Shown here in pieces: positions 24,801 through 39,800 of a stretch of DNA of 64,000 nt. Position 1 is the stretch's first letter. Each line of letters starts with the position of its first letter. The notes under the pieces were generated by a model. That model was not told the origin of the DNA and ran no database searches. It was given only the letters and a program-made list of their open reading frames with translations. The DNA comes from Eledone cirrhosa. Its lineage: Eukaryota. Where the stretch lies: positions 496,001 through 560,000 of the forward strand of contig CAXHJY010001472.1 of assembly GCA_964016885.1 (NCBI GenBank). Direction: 5' to 3'. Made by a program: the position numbers and the translations under genes.

Positions 24801-27800
24801 GATTTTTTTTACAAATTATCTCCCCCTGATTTTTTTTACAAATTATCTCCCCCTGATTTTTTTTACAAATTATCTCCCCCTGATATTTTTTTTACAAATT
24901 ATCTCCGCCTGATTTTTTAAAAAAAATTATCTCCCCCTGATTTTTTTTTACAAATTATCTCCCCCTGATTTTTTTTTTACAAATTATCTCCCCCTGATTT
25001 TTTTACAAATTATCTCCCCCTGATTTTTTTTACAATCTCCGCCTGATTTTTTTAAAAATTATCTTCCCTTGGCTGGCGGGAAATTATCTCCCCTTGGACG
25101 GCTGGAAATTATCTCCCCTTGGAAGGATGGAAATTATCTCCCCTTGGACGGCTGGAAATTATCTCCCCTTGCACGGCTGGGAATTATTTCCCCTTGGACA
25201 GCTGGAAATTATCTGCCCTTGATTTTGTTTTTACAAATTATCTCCCCCTGATTTTTTTTACAAATTATATCCACCTGATTTTTTAAAAAATTATCTCCCC
25301 TTGGACGGCTGGAAATTATCTCCCCTTGGCTGGAAATTATCTCCCCTTGGACGGCTAGAAATTATCTCTCTTTGGACGGCTGGAAATTATCTCCCTTTGA
25401 TTTTTTTAACAAATTATCTCCCTCTGATTTTTTTTACAAATCTCCCCCTGATTTTTTAAAAAAAATTATCTCCCCTTCGCTGGCTGGAAATTATCTCCCC
25501 TTGGACACTGGAAATTATAGCCCCCTGGAGGGCTGGAAATTATCTTCCCTTGGACGGCTGGAAATTATCTCCCCTTGATTTTTTTACAAATTATCTCCCC
25601 CTGATTTTTTTTTACAAATTATCTCCCCCTGATTTTTTTTACAAATTATCTCCCCCTGATTTTTTTTACAAATTATCTCCCCCTGATATTTTTTTTACAA
25701 ATTATCTCCGCCTGATTTTTTTAAAAAAATTATCTCCCCCTGATTTTTTTTTACAAATTATCCCCCCCTGATTTTTTTTTTACAAATTATCTCCCCCTGA
25801 TTTTTTTACAAATTATCTCCCCCTGATTTTTTTTACAATCTCCGCCTGATTTTTTTAAAGATTATCTTCCCTTGGCTGGCGGGAAATTATCTCCCCTTGG
25901 ACGGCTGGAAATTATCTCCCCTTGGAAGGATGGAAATTATCTCCCCTTGGACGGCTGGAAATTATCTCCCCTTGCACGGCTGGAAATTATCTCCCCTTGG
26001 ACAGCTGGAAATTATCTGCCCTTGATTTTGTTTTTACAAATTATCAGCCCCTGATTTTTTTTACAAATTATCTCCACCTGATTTTTTAAAAAATTATCTC
26101 CCCTTGGACGGCTGGAAATTATCTCCCCTTGGACGGCTAGAAATTATCTCTCTTTGGACTGCTGGAAATTATCTCCCTTTGATTTTTTTAACAAATTATC
26201 TCCCTCTGATTTTTTTTACAAATCTCCCCCTGATTTTTAAAAAAAAATTATCTCCCCTTCGCTGGCTGGAAATTATCTCCCCTTGGACACTGGAAATTAT
26301 CTCCCCTTGGACGGCTGGATATTATCTCCCCTTGATTTGTTTTACAAATTATCTCCCCCTGATTTTTTTTTACAAATTATCTCCCCTGATTTTTTTTTTA
26401 CAAATTATCTCCCCCTGATTTTTTTACAAATTATCTCCCCCTGATTTTTTTACAAATTATCTCCGCCTGATTTTTTAAAAAATTATCTTCCCTTGGCTGG
26501 CGGGAAATTATCTCCCCTTGGACGGCTGGAAATTATCTCCACTTGGAAGGATGGAAATTATCTCCCCTTGGACGGCTGGAAATTATCTTCCCTTGCACCA
26601 TTGGAAATTATCTCCCCCTTTGACGGCTGAAAATTATCTCCCCTTGATTTTTTTTTACAAATTATCTCCCCTTGATTTTTTTTTACAAATTATGTCCCCC
26701 TGATTTTTTTTTTACAAATTATCTCCGCCTGATTTTTTTTAAAAATTATCTCCCCTTGGACGGCTGGAAATTATCCCCCCTTGGACGGCTAGAAATTACC
26801 TCTCCTTGGACGGCTGAAAATTATCTCCCCTTGGACGGCTGGAAATTATCTCCCCTTGATTTTTTTACAAATTATCTGCCCCTGATTTTTTTTTTTACAA
26901 ATTATCTCCCCCTGATTTTTTTTTACAAATTATCTCCCCCTGATTTTTTTTACAAATTATCTCCCCCTGATTTTTTTTTTACAAATTATCTCCCCCTGAT
27001 TTTTTTACAAATTATTTGATTTTTTTTACATATTATCTCCGCCTCATTTTTTTAAATATTATCTTCCCTTGGCTGGCGGGAAATTATCTCCCCTTGGACG
27101 GCTGGAAATTATCTCCCCTTGCACTGCTGGAAATTATCTCCCCTTGGACGGCTGGAAATTATCTGCCCTTGATTTTGTTTTTACAAATTATCTTCCCCTG
27201 ATTTTTTTTACAAATTATCTCCACCTGATTTTTTAAAAAATTATCTCCCCTCGGACGGCTGGAAATTATCTCCCCTTGGCTGGAAATTATCTCCCCTTGG
27301 ACGGCTAGAAATTATCTCTCTTTGGACGGCTGGAAATTATCTCCCCTTGATTTTTTTTACAAATTATCTCCCCTTGATTTTTTTACAAATTATCTCCCCC
27401 TGATTTTTTTTACAATCTCCGCCTGATTTTTTTAAAAATGATCTCCCCTTGGACGGCTGGAAATGATCTCCCCTTGGACGCTGGAAATTATAGCCCCTTG
27501 GAGGGCTGGAAATTATCTTCCCTTGGACGGCTGGAAATTATCTCCCCCTGATTTTTTTTTACAAATTATCTCCCCCTGATATTTTTTTACAAATTATCTC
27601 CGCCTGATTTTTTAAAAAAAATTAACTCCCCCTGATTTTTTTTTACAAATTATCTCCCCCTGATTTTTTTTTACAAATTATCTCCCCCTGATTTTTTTTT
27701 TACAAATTATCTCCCCCTGATTTTTTTACAAATTATCTCCGCCTGATTTTTTAAAAAATTATCTTCCCTTGGCTGGCGGGAAATTATCTCCCCTTGGACG

Positions 27801-29047
27801 GCTGGAAATTATCTCCCCTTGGAAGGATGGAAATTATCTCCCCTTGGACGGCTGGAAATTATTCCCCCTTGCACGGCTGGAAATTATCTCCCCTTGGACA
27901 GCTGGAAATTATCTGCCCTTGATTTTGTTTTTACAAATTATCTCCCCCTGATTTTTTTTACAAATTATCTGCACCTGATTTTTTAAAAAATTATCTCCCC
28001 TTGGACGGCTGGAAATTATCTCCCCTTGGCTGGAAATTATCTCCCCTTGGACACTGGAAATTATAGCCCCTTGGAGGGCTGCAAATTATCTTCCCTTGGA
28101 CGGCTGGAAATTATCTCCCCTTGGAAGAATGGAAATTATCTCCCCTTGGACGGCTGGAAATTATCTCTCCTTGGACGGCTGAAAATTATCTCCCCTTGAT
28201 TTTTTTTTACAAATTATCTCCCCCTGATTTTTTTTACAAATTATCTCCCCCTGATTTTTTTTTTACAAATTATCTCCCCCTGATTTTTTTACAAATTATC
28301 TCCCCCTGATTTTTTTTACATATTATCTCCGCCTGATTTTTTAAAATATTATCTTCCCTTGGCTGGCGGGAAATTATCTCCCCTTGGACGGCTGGAAATT
28401 ATCTCCCCTTGCACTGCTGGAAATTATCTTCCCTTGGACGGCTGGAAATTATCTGCCCTTGATTTTGTTTTTACAAATTATCTTCCCCTGATTTTTTTTA
28501 CAAATTATCTCCACCTGATTTTTTAAAAAATTATCTCCCCTCGGACGGCTGGAAATTATCTCCCCTTGGCTGGAAATTATCTCCCCTTGGACGGCTGGAA
28601 ATTATCTCCCCTTGATTTTTTTTACAAATTATCTCCCCCTGATTTTTTTACAAATTATCTCCCCCTGATTTTTTTTACAATCTCCGCCTGATTTTTTAAA
28701 AAATGATCTCCCCTTGGACGGCTGGAAATGATCTCCCCTTGGCTGGTTGGAAATTATCTCCCCTTGGACCGCTAGAAATTATCTCTCCTTGGACGGCTGG
28801 AAATTATCTCCCCTTGATTTTTTTACAAATTATCTCCCCCTGATTTTTTTTACAAATCTCCCAGTGATTTTTAAAAAAAAATTATCTCCCCTTCGCTGGC
28901 TGGAAATTATCTCCCCTTGGACGCTGGAAATTATAGCCCCCTTGGAGGGCTGGAAATTATCTTCCCTTGGACGGCTGGAAATTATCTCCCCTTGATTTTT
29001 TTACAATTTATCTCCCCCTGATTTTTTTTTACAAATTATCTCCCCCT
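18880..29047 (+). repeat. Higher-order repeat copy, 10168 bp (subtype X plus an internal 2712-bp tandem duplication)
   Basis: GATTGGTTTTT at 18880 and 29048. Length accounts as 7329 + 2712 + 127. X marker GCACCATTGG at 26595. Confidence 0.9.
20230..25660 (+). repeat. 2712-bp direct tandem duplication (boundaries approximate)
   Basis: CTCCGTCTG at 20253 and 22965. Pseudo-ORF pairs 20653/23365, 21530/24242, 21858/24570, 22357/25069 and 22660/25372 are all offset by exactly 2712. Confidence 0.92.
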
Positions 29048-32000
29048 GATTGGTTTTTACAAATTATCTCCCCCTGATTTTTTTTTTATAAATTATCTCC
29101 GCCTGATTTTTTTAAAAAAATTATCTCCCCTTGGACGGCTGGAAATCATCTCCCCTTGGACGGCTGGAAATTATCTCCCCTTGGACGGCTAGAAATTACC
29201 TCTCCTTGGACGGCTGAAAATTATCTCCCCTTGGACGGCTGCAAATTATCTCCCCTTGATTTTTTTTACAAATTATCTCCCCCTGATTTTTTTTACAAAT
29301 TATCTCCCCCTGATTTTTTTTTACAAATTATCTACCCCTGATTTTTTTTACAAATTATCTCCCCCTGATTTTTTTTTTACAAATTATCTCTCCCTGATTT
29401 TTTTTACAAATTATCTCCCCCTGATTTTTTTTTTACAAATTATCTCCCCCTGATTTCTTTACAAATTATCTCCCCCTGATTTTTTTTACAATCTCCGCCT
29501 GATTTTTTAAAAAATTATCTTCCCTTGGCTGGCGGGAAATTATCTCCCCTTGGACGGCTGGAAATTATCTCCCCTTGGAAGGATGGAAATTATCTCCCCT
29601 TGGACGGCTGGAAATTATCTCCCCTTGCACGGCTGGAAATTATCTCCCCTTGGACAGCTGGAAATTATCTGCCCTTGATTTTGTTTTTACAAATTATCTC
29701 CCCCTGATTTTTTTTACAAATTATCTCCACCTGATTTTTTTAAAAATTATCTCCCCTTGGACGGCTGGAAATGATCTCCCCTTGGCTGGAAATTATCTCC
29801 CCTTGGACGGCTAGAAATTATCTCTCTTTGGACGGCTGGAAATTATCTCCCTTTGATTTTTTAAACAAATTATCTCCCTCTGATTTTTTTTACAAATCTC
29901 CCCCTGATTTTGTAAAAAAAATTATCTCCCCTTCGCTGGCTGGAAATTATCTCCCCTTGGACACTGGAAATTATAGCCCCTTGGAGGGCTGGAAATTATC
30001 TTCCCTTGGACGGCTGGAAATTATCTCCCCTTGATTTTTTTTACAAATTATCTCCCCCTGATTTTTTTTTTACAAATTATCTCCCCCTGATTTTTTTACA
30101 AATTATCTCCCCCTGATTTTTTTTACAAATTATCTCCGCCTGATTTTTTTAAATATTATCTTCCCTTGGCTGGCGGGAAATTATCTCCCCTTGGACGGCT
30201 GGAAATTATATCCCCTTGGACGGCTAGAAATTACCTCTCCTTGGACGGCTGAAAATTATCTTCCCTTGGACGGCTGGAAATTATCTCCCCTTGATTTTTT
30301 TACAAATTACCTCCCCCTGATTTTTTTTTACAAATTATCTCCCCCTGATTTTTTTTACAAATTATCTCCCCCTGATTTTTTTTTACAAATTATCTCCCCC
30401 TGATATTTTTTTACAAATTATCTCCGTCTGATTTTTTAAAAAAAATTATCTCCCCTTGGACGGCTGGAAATTATCTCCCCTTGGACGGCTGGAAATTATC
30501 TCCCCTTGGACGGCTAGAAATTACCTGTCCTTGGACGGCTGAAAATTATCTCCCCTTGGACGGCTGCAAATTATCTCCCCTTGATTTTTTTTACAAATTA
30601 TCTCCCCTTGATTTTTGTTACAAATTATCTCCCCCTGATTTTTTTTTACAAATTATCTCCCCCTGATTTTTTTAAACAAATTATCTCCCCCTGATTTTTT
30701 TTTACAAATTATCTCCCCCTGATTTTTTTTTACAAATTATCTCCGCCTGATTTTTTTACAAATTATCTCCCCCTGATTTTTTTTACAATCTCCGCCTGAT
30801 TTTTTTAAAAATTATCTTCCCTTGGCTGGCGGGAAATTATCTCCCCTTGGAAGGATGGAAATTATCTCCCCTTGGACGGCTGGAAATTATCTCCCCTTGC
30901 ACGGCTGGAAATTATCTCCCCTTGGACAGCTGGAAATTATCTGCCCTTGATTTTGTTTTTACAAATTATCTCCCCCTGATTTTTTTTACAAATTATCTCC
31001 ACCTGATTTTTTAAAAAATTATCTCCCCTTGGACGGCTTAAAATTATCTCCCCTTGGCTGGAAATTATCTCCCCTTGGACGGCTAGAAATTATCACTCTT
31101 TCGACGGCTGGAAATTATCTCCCTTTGATTTTTTTTACAAATTATCTCCCTCTGATTTTTTTACAAATCTCCCCCTGATTTTTTAAAAAAAATTATCTCC
31201 CCTTCGCTGGCTGGAAATTATCTCCCCTTGGACACTGGAAATTATAGCCCCCTGGAGGGCTGGAAATTATCTTCCCTTGGACGGCTGGAAATTATCTCCC
31301 CTTGATTTCTTTTACAAATTATCTCCCCCTGATTTTTTTTTTACAAATTATCTCCCCCTGATTTTTTTTATAAATTATCTCCCCCTGATATTTTTAGAAA
31401 TTATCTCCGCCTGATTTTTTTAAAAATTATCTTCCCTTGGCTGGCGGGAAATTATCTCCCCTTGGACGGCTGGAAATTATCTCCCCTTGGAAGGATGGAA
31501 ATTATCTCCCCTTGGACAGCTGGAAATTATCTCCCCTTGGACGGCTGAAAATTATCTTCCCTTGATTTTTTTATACAAATTATCTCCCCCTGATTTTTTT
31601 TTACAAATTATCTCCCCCTGATTTTTTTTTTACAAATTATCTCTCCCTGATTTTTTTTTACAAATATCTCCCCTTGGCTGGCTGGAAATTATCTCATCTT
31701 GGCTGGCTGGAAATTATCTCCCCTTGGACGGTTGGAAATTATCTCCCCTTGGACGGCTGGAAATTATCTCCCCTTGGACGGCTGGAAATTATCTCCTCTT
31801 GGACGGCTGGAAATTATTTCCCCTTGGACAGCTGGAAGTTATCTGCCCTTGATTTTGTTTTTACAAATTATCTCCCCCTGATTTTTTTTACAAATTATCT
31901 CCACCTAATTTTTTTTAAAATTATCTCCCCTTGGACGGCTGGAAATTATCTCCCCTTGGCTGGAAATTATCTCCCCTTGGACGGCTAGAAATTATCTCTC

Positions 32001-35000
32001 TTTGGACGGCTGGAAATTATCTCCCTTTGATTTTTTTAACAAATTATCTCCCTCTGATTTTTTTTACAAATCTCCCCCTGATTTTTTAAAAAAAATTATC
32101 TCCCCTTCGCTGGCTGGAAATTATCTCCCCTTGGACACTGGAAATTATAGCCCCCTGGAGGGCTGGAAATTATCTTCCCTTGGACGGCTGGAAATTATCT
32201 CCCCTTGATTTTTTTACAAATTATCTCCCCCTGATTTTTTTTACAAATTATCTCCCCCTGATTTTTTTTACAAATTATCTCCCCCTGATTTTTTTTACAA
32301 ATTATCTCCCCCTGATATTTTTTTTACAAATTATCTCCGCCTGATTTTTTAAAAAAAATTATCTCCCCCTGCTTTTTTTTTACAAATTATCTCCCCCTGA
32401 TTTTTTTTTTACAAATTATCTCCCCCTGATTTTTTTACAAATTATCTCCCCCTGATTTTTTTTACAATCTCCGCCTGATTTTTTTAAAAATTATCTTCCC
32501 TTGGCTGGCGGGAAATTATCTCCCCTTGGACGGCTGGAAATTATCTCCCCTTGGAAGGATGGAAATTATCTCCCCTTGGACGGCTGGAAATTATCTCCCC
32601 TTGCACGGCTGGAAATTATCTCCCCTTGGACAGCTGGAAATTATCTGCCCTTGATTTTGTTTTTACAAATTATCTCCCCCTGATTTTTTTTACAAATTAT
32701 CTCCACCTGATTTTTTAAAAAATTATCTCCCCTTGGACGGCTGGAAATTATCTCCCCTTGGACGGCTAGAAATTATCTCTCTTTGGACGGCTGGAAATTA
32801 TCTCCCTTTGATTTTTTTAACAAATTATCTCCCTCTGATTTTTTTTACAAATCTCCCCCTGATTTTTAAAAAAAACTTATCTCCCCTTCGCTGGCTGGAA
32901 ATTATCTCCCCTTGGACACTGGAAATTATCTCCCCTTGGACGGCTGGATATTATCTCCCCTTGATTTTTTTTACAAATTATCTCCCCTGATTTTTTTTTT
33001 ACAAATTATCTCCCCCTGATTTTTTTACAAATTATCTCCCCCTGATTTTTTTACAAATTATCTCCGCCTGATTTTTTAAAAAATTATCTTCCCTTGGCTG
33101 GCGGGAAATTATCTCCCCTTGGACGGCTGGAAATTATCTCCCCTTCGAAGGATGGAAATTATCTCCCCTTGGACGGCTGGAAATTATCTCCCCTTGCACG
33201 GCTGGAAATTATCTCCCCCTTTGACGGCTGAAAATTATCTCCCCTTGATTTTACTTTACAAATTATCTCCCCTTGATTTTTTTTTACAAATTATGTCCCC
33301 TTGATTTTTTTTTTACAAATTATCTCCGCCTGATTTTTTTTTAAAATTATCTCCCCTTGGACGGCTGGAAATTATCTCCCCTTGGACGGCTAGAAATTAC
33401 CTCTCCTTGGACGGCTGAAAATTATCTCCCCTTGGACGGCTGGAAATTATCTCCCCTTGATTTTTTTACAAATTATCTGCCCCTGATTTTTTTTTTTACA
33501 AATTATCTCCCCCTGATTTTTTTTTACAAATTATCTCCCCCTGATTTTTTTTACAAATTATCTCCCCCTGATTTTTTTTACAAATTATCTCCCCCTGATT
33601 TTTTTTTAACAAATTATCTCCCCCTGATTTTTTTACAAATTATTTCCCCCTGATTTTTTTTACATATTATCTCCGCCTCATTTTTTTATATATTATCTTC
33701 CCTTGGCTGGCGGGAAATTATCTCCCCTTGGACGGCTGGAAATTATCTCCCCTTGCACTGCTGGAAATTATCTCCCCTTGGATGGCTGGAAATTATCTGC
33801 CCTTGATTTTGTTTTTACAAATTATCTTCCCCTGATTTTTTTTACAAATTATCTCCACCTGATTTTTTAAAAAATTATCTCCCCTCGGACGGCTGGAAAT
33901 TATCTCCCCTTGGCTGGAAATTATCTCCCCTTGGACGGCTAGAAATTATCTCTCTTTGGACGGCTGGAAATTATCTCCCCTTGATTTTTTTTACAAATTA
34001 TCTCCCCTTGATTTTTTTACAAATTATCTCCCCCTGATTTTTTTTACAATCTCCGCCTGATTTTTTTAAAAATGATCTCCCCTTGGACGGCTGGAAATGA
34101 TCTCCCCTTGGACGCTGGAAATTATAGCCCCTTGGAGGGCTGGAAATTATCTTCCCTTGGACGGCTGGAAATTATCTCCCCTGGATTTTTTTTACAAATT
34201 ATCTCCCCCTGATTTTTTTTTACAAATTATCTCCCCCTGATTTTTTTTTACAAATTATCTCCCCCTGATTTTTTTTTACAAATTATCTCCCCCTGATTTT
34301 TTTTTTACAAATTATCTCCCCCTGATTTTTTTTACAATCTCCGCCTGATTTTTTAAAAAATTATCTTCCCTTGGCTGGCGGGAAATTATCTCCCCTTGGA
34401 CGGCTGGAAATTATCTCCCCTTGGAAGGATGGAAATTATCTCCCCTTGGACGGCTGGAAATTATTGCCCCTTGCACGGCTGGAAATTATCTCCCCTTGGA
34501 CAGCTGGAAATTATCTGCCCTTGATTTTGTTTTTACAAATTATCTCCCCCTGATTTTTTTACAAATTATCTCCACCTGATTTTTTAAAAAATCATCTCCC
34601 CTTGGACGGCTGGAAATTATCTCCCCTTGGCTGGAAATTATCTTCCCTTGGACGGCTAGAAATTATCTCTCTTTGGACGGCTGGAAATTATCTCCCTTTG
34701 ATTTTTTTAACAAATTATCTCCCTCTGATTTTTTTTACAAATCTCCCCCTGATTTTTTAAAAAAAATTATTTCCCCTTCGCTGGCTGGAAATTATCTCCC
34801 CTTGGACACTGGAAATTATAGCCCCTTGGAGGGCTGGAAATTATCTTCCCTTGGACGGCTGGAAATTATCTCCCCTTGATTTTTTTTACAAATTATCTCC
34901 CCCTGATTTTTTTTTACAAATTATCTCCCCCTGATTTTTTTTTACAAATTATCTCCCCCTGATTTTTTTTACAAATTATCTCCGCCTGATTTTTTAAAAA

Positions 35001-36889
35001 ATTATCTTCCCTTGGCTGGCGGGAAATTATCTCCCCTTGGACGGCTGGAAATTATCTCCCCTTGGAAGGATGGAAATTATCTCCCCTTGGACGGCTGGAA
35101 ATTATCTCCCCTTGGACGGCTGAAAATTATCTCTCCTTGATTTTTTTTACAAATTATCTCCCCCTGATTTTTTTTTACAAATTATCTCCCCCTGATTTTT
35201 TTTTTATAAATTATCTCTCCCTGATTTTTTTTTACAAATATCTCCCCTTGGCTGGCTGGAAATTATCTCATCTTGGCTGGCTGGAAATTATCTCCCCTTG
35301 GACGGTTGGAAATTATCTCCCCTTGGACGGCTGGAAATTATCTCCCCTTGGACGGCTGGAAATTATCTCCTCTTGGACTGTTGGAAATTATCTCCCCTTG
35401 GACGGCTGGAAATTATCTGCCCTTGATTTTTTTTTACAAATTATCTCCCCCTGATTTTTTTTTACAAATTATCTCCCCCTGATTTTTTTTTACAAATTAT
35501 CTCCCCCTGATTTTTTTTTTACAAATTATCTCCCCCTGATTTTTTTACAAATTATCTCCCCCTGATTTTTTTTACAATCTCCGCCTGATTTTTTAAAAAA
35601 TTATCTTCCCTTGGCTGGCGGGAAATTATCTCCCCTTGGACGGCTGGAAATTATCTCCCCTTGGAAGGATGGAAATTATCTCCCCTTGGACGGCTGGAAA
35701 TTATTCCCCCTTGCACGGCTGGAAATTATCTCCCCTTGGACAGCTGGAAATTATCTGCCCTTGATTTTGTTTTTACAAATTATCTCCCCCTGATTTTTTT
35801 TACAAATTATCTCCACCTGATTTTTTAAAAAATTATCTCCCCTTGGACGGCTGGAAATTATCTCCCCTTGGCTGGAAATTATCTCCCCTTGGACACTGGA
35901 AATTATAGCCCCTTGGAGGGCTGCAAATTATCTTCCCTTGGACGGCTGGAAATTATCTCCCCTTGGAAGGATGGAAATTATCTCCCCTTGGACGGCTGGA
36001 AATTATCTCTCCTTGGACGGCTGAAAATTATCTCCCCTTGATTTTTTTTTACAAATTATCTCCCCCTGATTTTTTTTACAAATTATCTCCCCCTGATTTT
36101 TTTTTTACAAATTATCTCCCCCTGATTTTTTTACAAATTATCTCCCCCTGATTTTTTTTACATATTATCTCCGCCTGATTTTTTTAAATATTATCTTCCC
36201 TTGGCTGGCGGGAAATTATCTCCCCTTGGACGGCTGGAAATTATCTCCCCTTGCACTGCTGGAAATTATCTTCCCTTGGACGGCTGGAAATTATCTGCCC
36301 TTGATTTTGTTTTTACAAATTATCTTCCCCTGATTTTTTTTACAAATTATCTCCACCTGATTTTTTAAAAAATTATCTCCCCTCGGACGGCTGGAAATTA
36401 TCTCCCCTTGGCTGGAAATTATCTCCCCTTGGACGGCTGGAAATTATCTCCCCTTGATTTTTTTTACAAATTATCTCCCCCTGATTTTTTTACAAATTAT
36501 CTCCCCCTGATTTTTTTTACAATCTCCGCCTGATTTTTTAAAAAATGATCTCCCCTTGGACGGCTGGAAATGATCTCCCCTTGGCTGGTTGGAAATTATC
36601 TCCCCTTGGACCGCTAGAAATTATCTCTCCTTGGACGGCTGGAAATTATCTCCCCTTGATTTTTTTACAAATTATCTCCCCCTGATTTTTTTTACAAATC
36701 TCCCAGTGATTTTTAAAAAAAAATTATCTCCCCTTCGCTGGCTGGAAATTATCTCCCCTTGGACGCTGGAAATTATAGCCCCCTTGGAGGGCTGGAAATT
36801 ATCTTCCCTTGGACGGCTGGAAATTATCTCCCCTTGATTTTTTTACAATTTATCTCCCCCTGATTTTTTTTTACAAATTATCTCCCCCT
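29048..36889 (+). repeat. Higher-order repeat copy, 7842 bp (subtype Y)
   Basis: GATTGGTTTTT at 29048 and 36890. Y marker TTCGAA at 33144. Confidence 0.92.
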
Positions 36890-39800
36890 GATTGGTTTTT
36901 ACAAATTATCTCCCCCTGATTTTTTTTTTATAAATTATCTCCGCCTGATTTTTTAAAAAAAATTATCTCCCCTTGGACGGCTGGAAATCATCTCCCCTTG
37001 GACGGCTGGAAATTATCTCCCCTTGGACGGCTAGAAATTACCTCTCCTTGGACGGCTGAAAATTATCTCCCCTTGGACGGCTGCAAATTATCTCCCCTTG
37101 ATTTTTTTTACAAATTATCTCCCCCTGATTTTTTTTACAAATTATCTCCCCCTGATTTTTTTTTACAAATTATCTACCCCTGATTTTTTTTACAAATTAT
37201 CTCCCCCTGATTTTTTTTTACAAATTATCTCTCCCTGATTTTTTTTACAAATTATCTCCCCCTGATTTCTTTACAAATTATCTCCCCCTGATTTTTTTTA
37301 CAATCTCCGCCTGATTTTTTTAAAAATTATCTTCCCTTGGCTGGCGGGAAATTATCTCCCCTTGGACGGCTGGAAATTATCTCCCCTTGGAAGGATGGAA
37401 ATTATCTCCCCTTGGACGGCTGGAAATTATCTCCCCTTGCACGGCTGGAAATTATCTCCCCTTGGACAGCTGGAAATTATCTGCCCTTGATTTTGTTTTT
37501 ACAAATTATCTCCCCCTGATTTTTTTTACAAATTATCTCCACCTGATTTTTTTAAAAATTATCTCCCCTTGGACGGCTGGAAATGATCTCCCCTTGGCTG
37601 GAAATTATCTCCCCTTGGACGGCTAGAAATTATCTCTCTTTGGACGGCTGGAAATTATCTCCCTTTGATTTTTTAAACAAATTATCTCCCTCTGATTTTT
37701 TTTACAAATCTCCCCCTGATTTTGTAAAAAAAATTATCTCCCCTTCGCTGGCTGGAAATTATCTCCCCTTGGACACTGGAAATTATAGCCCCTTGGAGGG
37801 CTGGAAATTATCTTCCCTTGGACGGCTGGAAATTATCTCCCCTTGATTTTTTTTACAAATTATCTCCCCCTGATTTTTTTTTTACAAATTATCTCCCCCT
37901 GATTTTTTTACAAATTATCTCCCCCTGATTTTTTTTACAAATTATCTCCGCCTGATTTTTTTAAATATTATCTTCCCTTGGCTGGCGGGAAATTATCTCC
38001 CCTTGGACGGCTGGAAATTATCTCCCCTTGGACGGCTAGAAATTACCTCTCCTTGGACGGCTGAAAATTATCTTCCCTTGGACGGCTGGAAATTATCTCC
38101 CCTTGATTTTTTTACAAATTACCTCCCCCTGATTTTTTTTTACAAATTATCTCCCCCTGATTTTTTTTACAAATTATCTCCCCCTGATTTTTTTTTACAA
38201 ATTAACTCCCCCTGATATTTTTTTACAAATTATCTCCGTCTGATTTTTTAAAAAAAATTATCTCCCCTTGGACGGCTGGAAATTATCTCCCCTTGGACGG
38301 CTGGAAATTATCTCCCCTTGGACGGCTAGAAATTACCTGTCCTTGGACGGCTGAAAATTATCTCCCCTTGGACGGCTGCAAATTATCTCCCCTTGATTTA
38401 TTTTACAAATTATCTCCCCTTGATTTTTTTTACAAATTATCTCCCCCTGATTTTTTTTTACAAATTATCTACCCCTGATTTTTTTTACAAATTATCTCCC
38501 CCTGATTTTTTTTAACAAATTATCTCCCCCTGATTTTTTTTTACAAATTATCTCCCCCTGATTTTTTTTTACAAATTATCTCCCCCTGATTTTTTTACAA
38601 ATTATCTCCCCCTGATTTTTTTTACAATCTCCGCCTGATTTTTTTAAAAATTATCTTCCCTTGGCTGGCGGGAAATTATCTCCCCTTGGACGGCTGGAAA
38701 TTATCTCCCCTTGGAAGGATGGAAATTATCTCCCCTTGGACGGCTGGAAATTATCTCCCCTTGCACGGCTGGAAATTATCTCCCCTTGGACAGCTGGAAA
38801 TTATCTGCCCTTGATTTTGTTTTTACAAATTATCTCCCCCTGATTTTTTTTACAAATTATCTCCACCTGATTTTTTAAAAAATTATCTCCCCTTGGACGG
38901 CTGGAAATTATCTCCCCTTGGCTGGAAATTATCTCCCCTTGGACGGCTAGAAATTATCACTCTTTCGACGGCTGGAAATTATCTCCCTTTGATTTTTTTT
39001 ACAAATTATCTCCCTCTGATTTTTTTACAAATCTCCCCCTGATTTTTTAAAAAAAATTATCTCCCCTTCGCTGGCTGGAAATTATCTCCCCTTGGACACT
39101 GGAAATTATAGCCCCCTGGAGGGCTGGAAATTATCTTCCCTTGGACGGCTGGAAATTATCTCCCCTTGATTTCTTTTACAAATTATCTCCCCCTGATTTT
39201 TTTTTACAAATTATCTCCCCCTGATTTTTTTTATAAATTATCTCCCCCTGATATTTTTAGAAATTATCTCCGCCTGATTTTTTTAAAAATTATCTTCCCT
39301 TGGCTGGCGGGAAATTATCTCCCCTTGGACGGCTGCAAATTATCTCCCCTTGGAAGGATGGAAATTATCTCCCCTTGGACAGCTGGAAATTATCTCCCCT
39401 TGGACGGCTGAAAATTATCTTCCCTTGATTTTTTAATACAAATTATCTCCCCCTGATTTTTTTTTACAAATTATCTCCCCCTGATTTTTTTTTTACAAAT
39501 TATCTCTCCCTGATTTTTTTTTACAAATATCTCCCCTTGGCTGGCTGGAAATTATCTCATCTTGGCTGGCTGGAAATTATCTCCCCTTGGACGGTTGGAA
39601 ATTATCTCCCCTTGGACGGCTGGAAATTATCTCCCCTTGGACGGCTGGAAATTATCTCCTCTTGGACGGCTGGAAATTATTTCCCCTTGGACAGCTGGAA
39701 ATTATCTGCCCTTGATTTTGTTTTTACAAATTATCTCCCCCTGATTTTTTTTACAAATTATCTCCACCTAATTTTTTTAAAAATTATCTCCCCTTGGACG

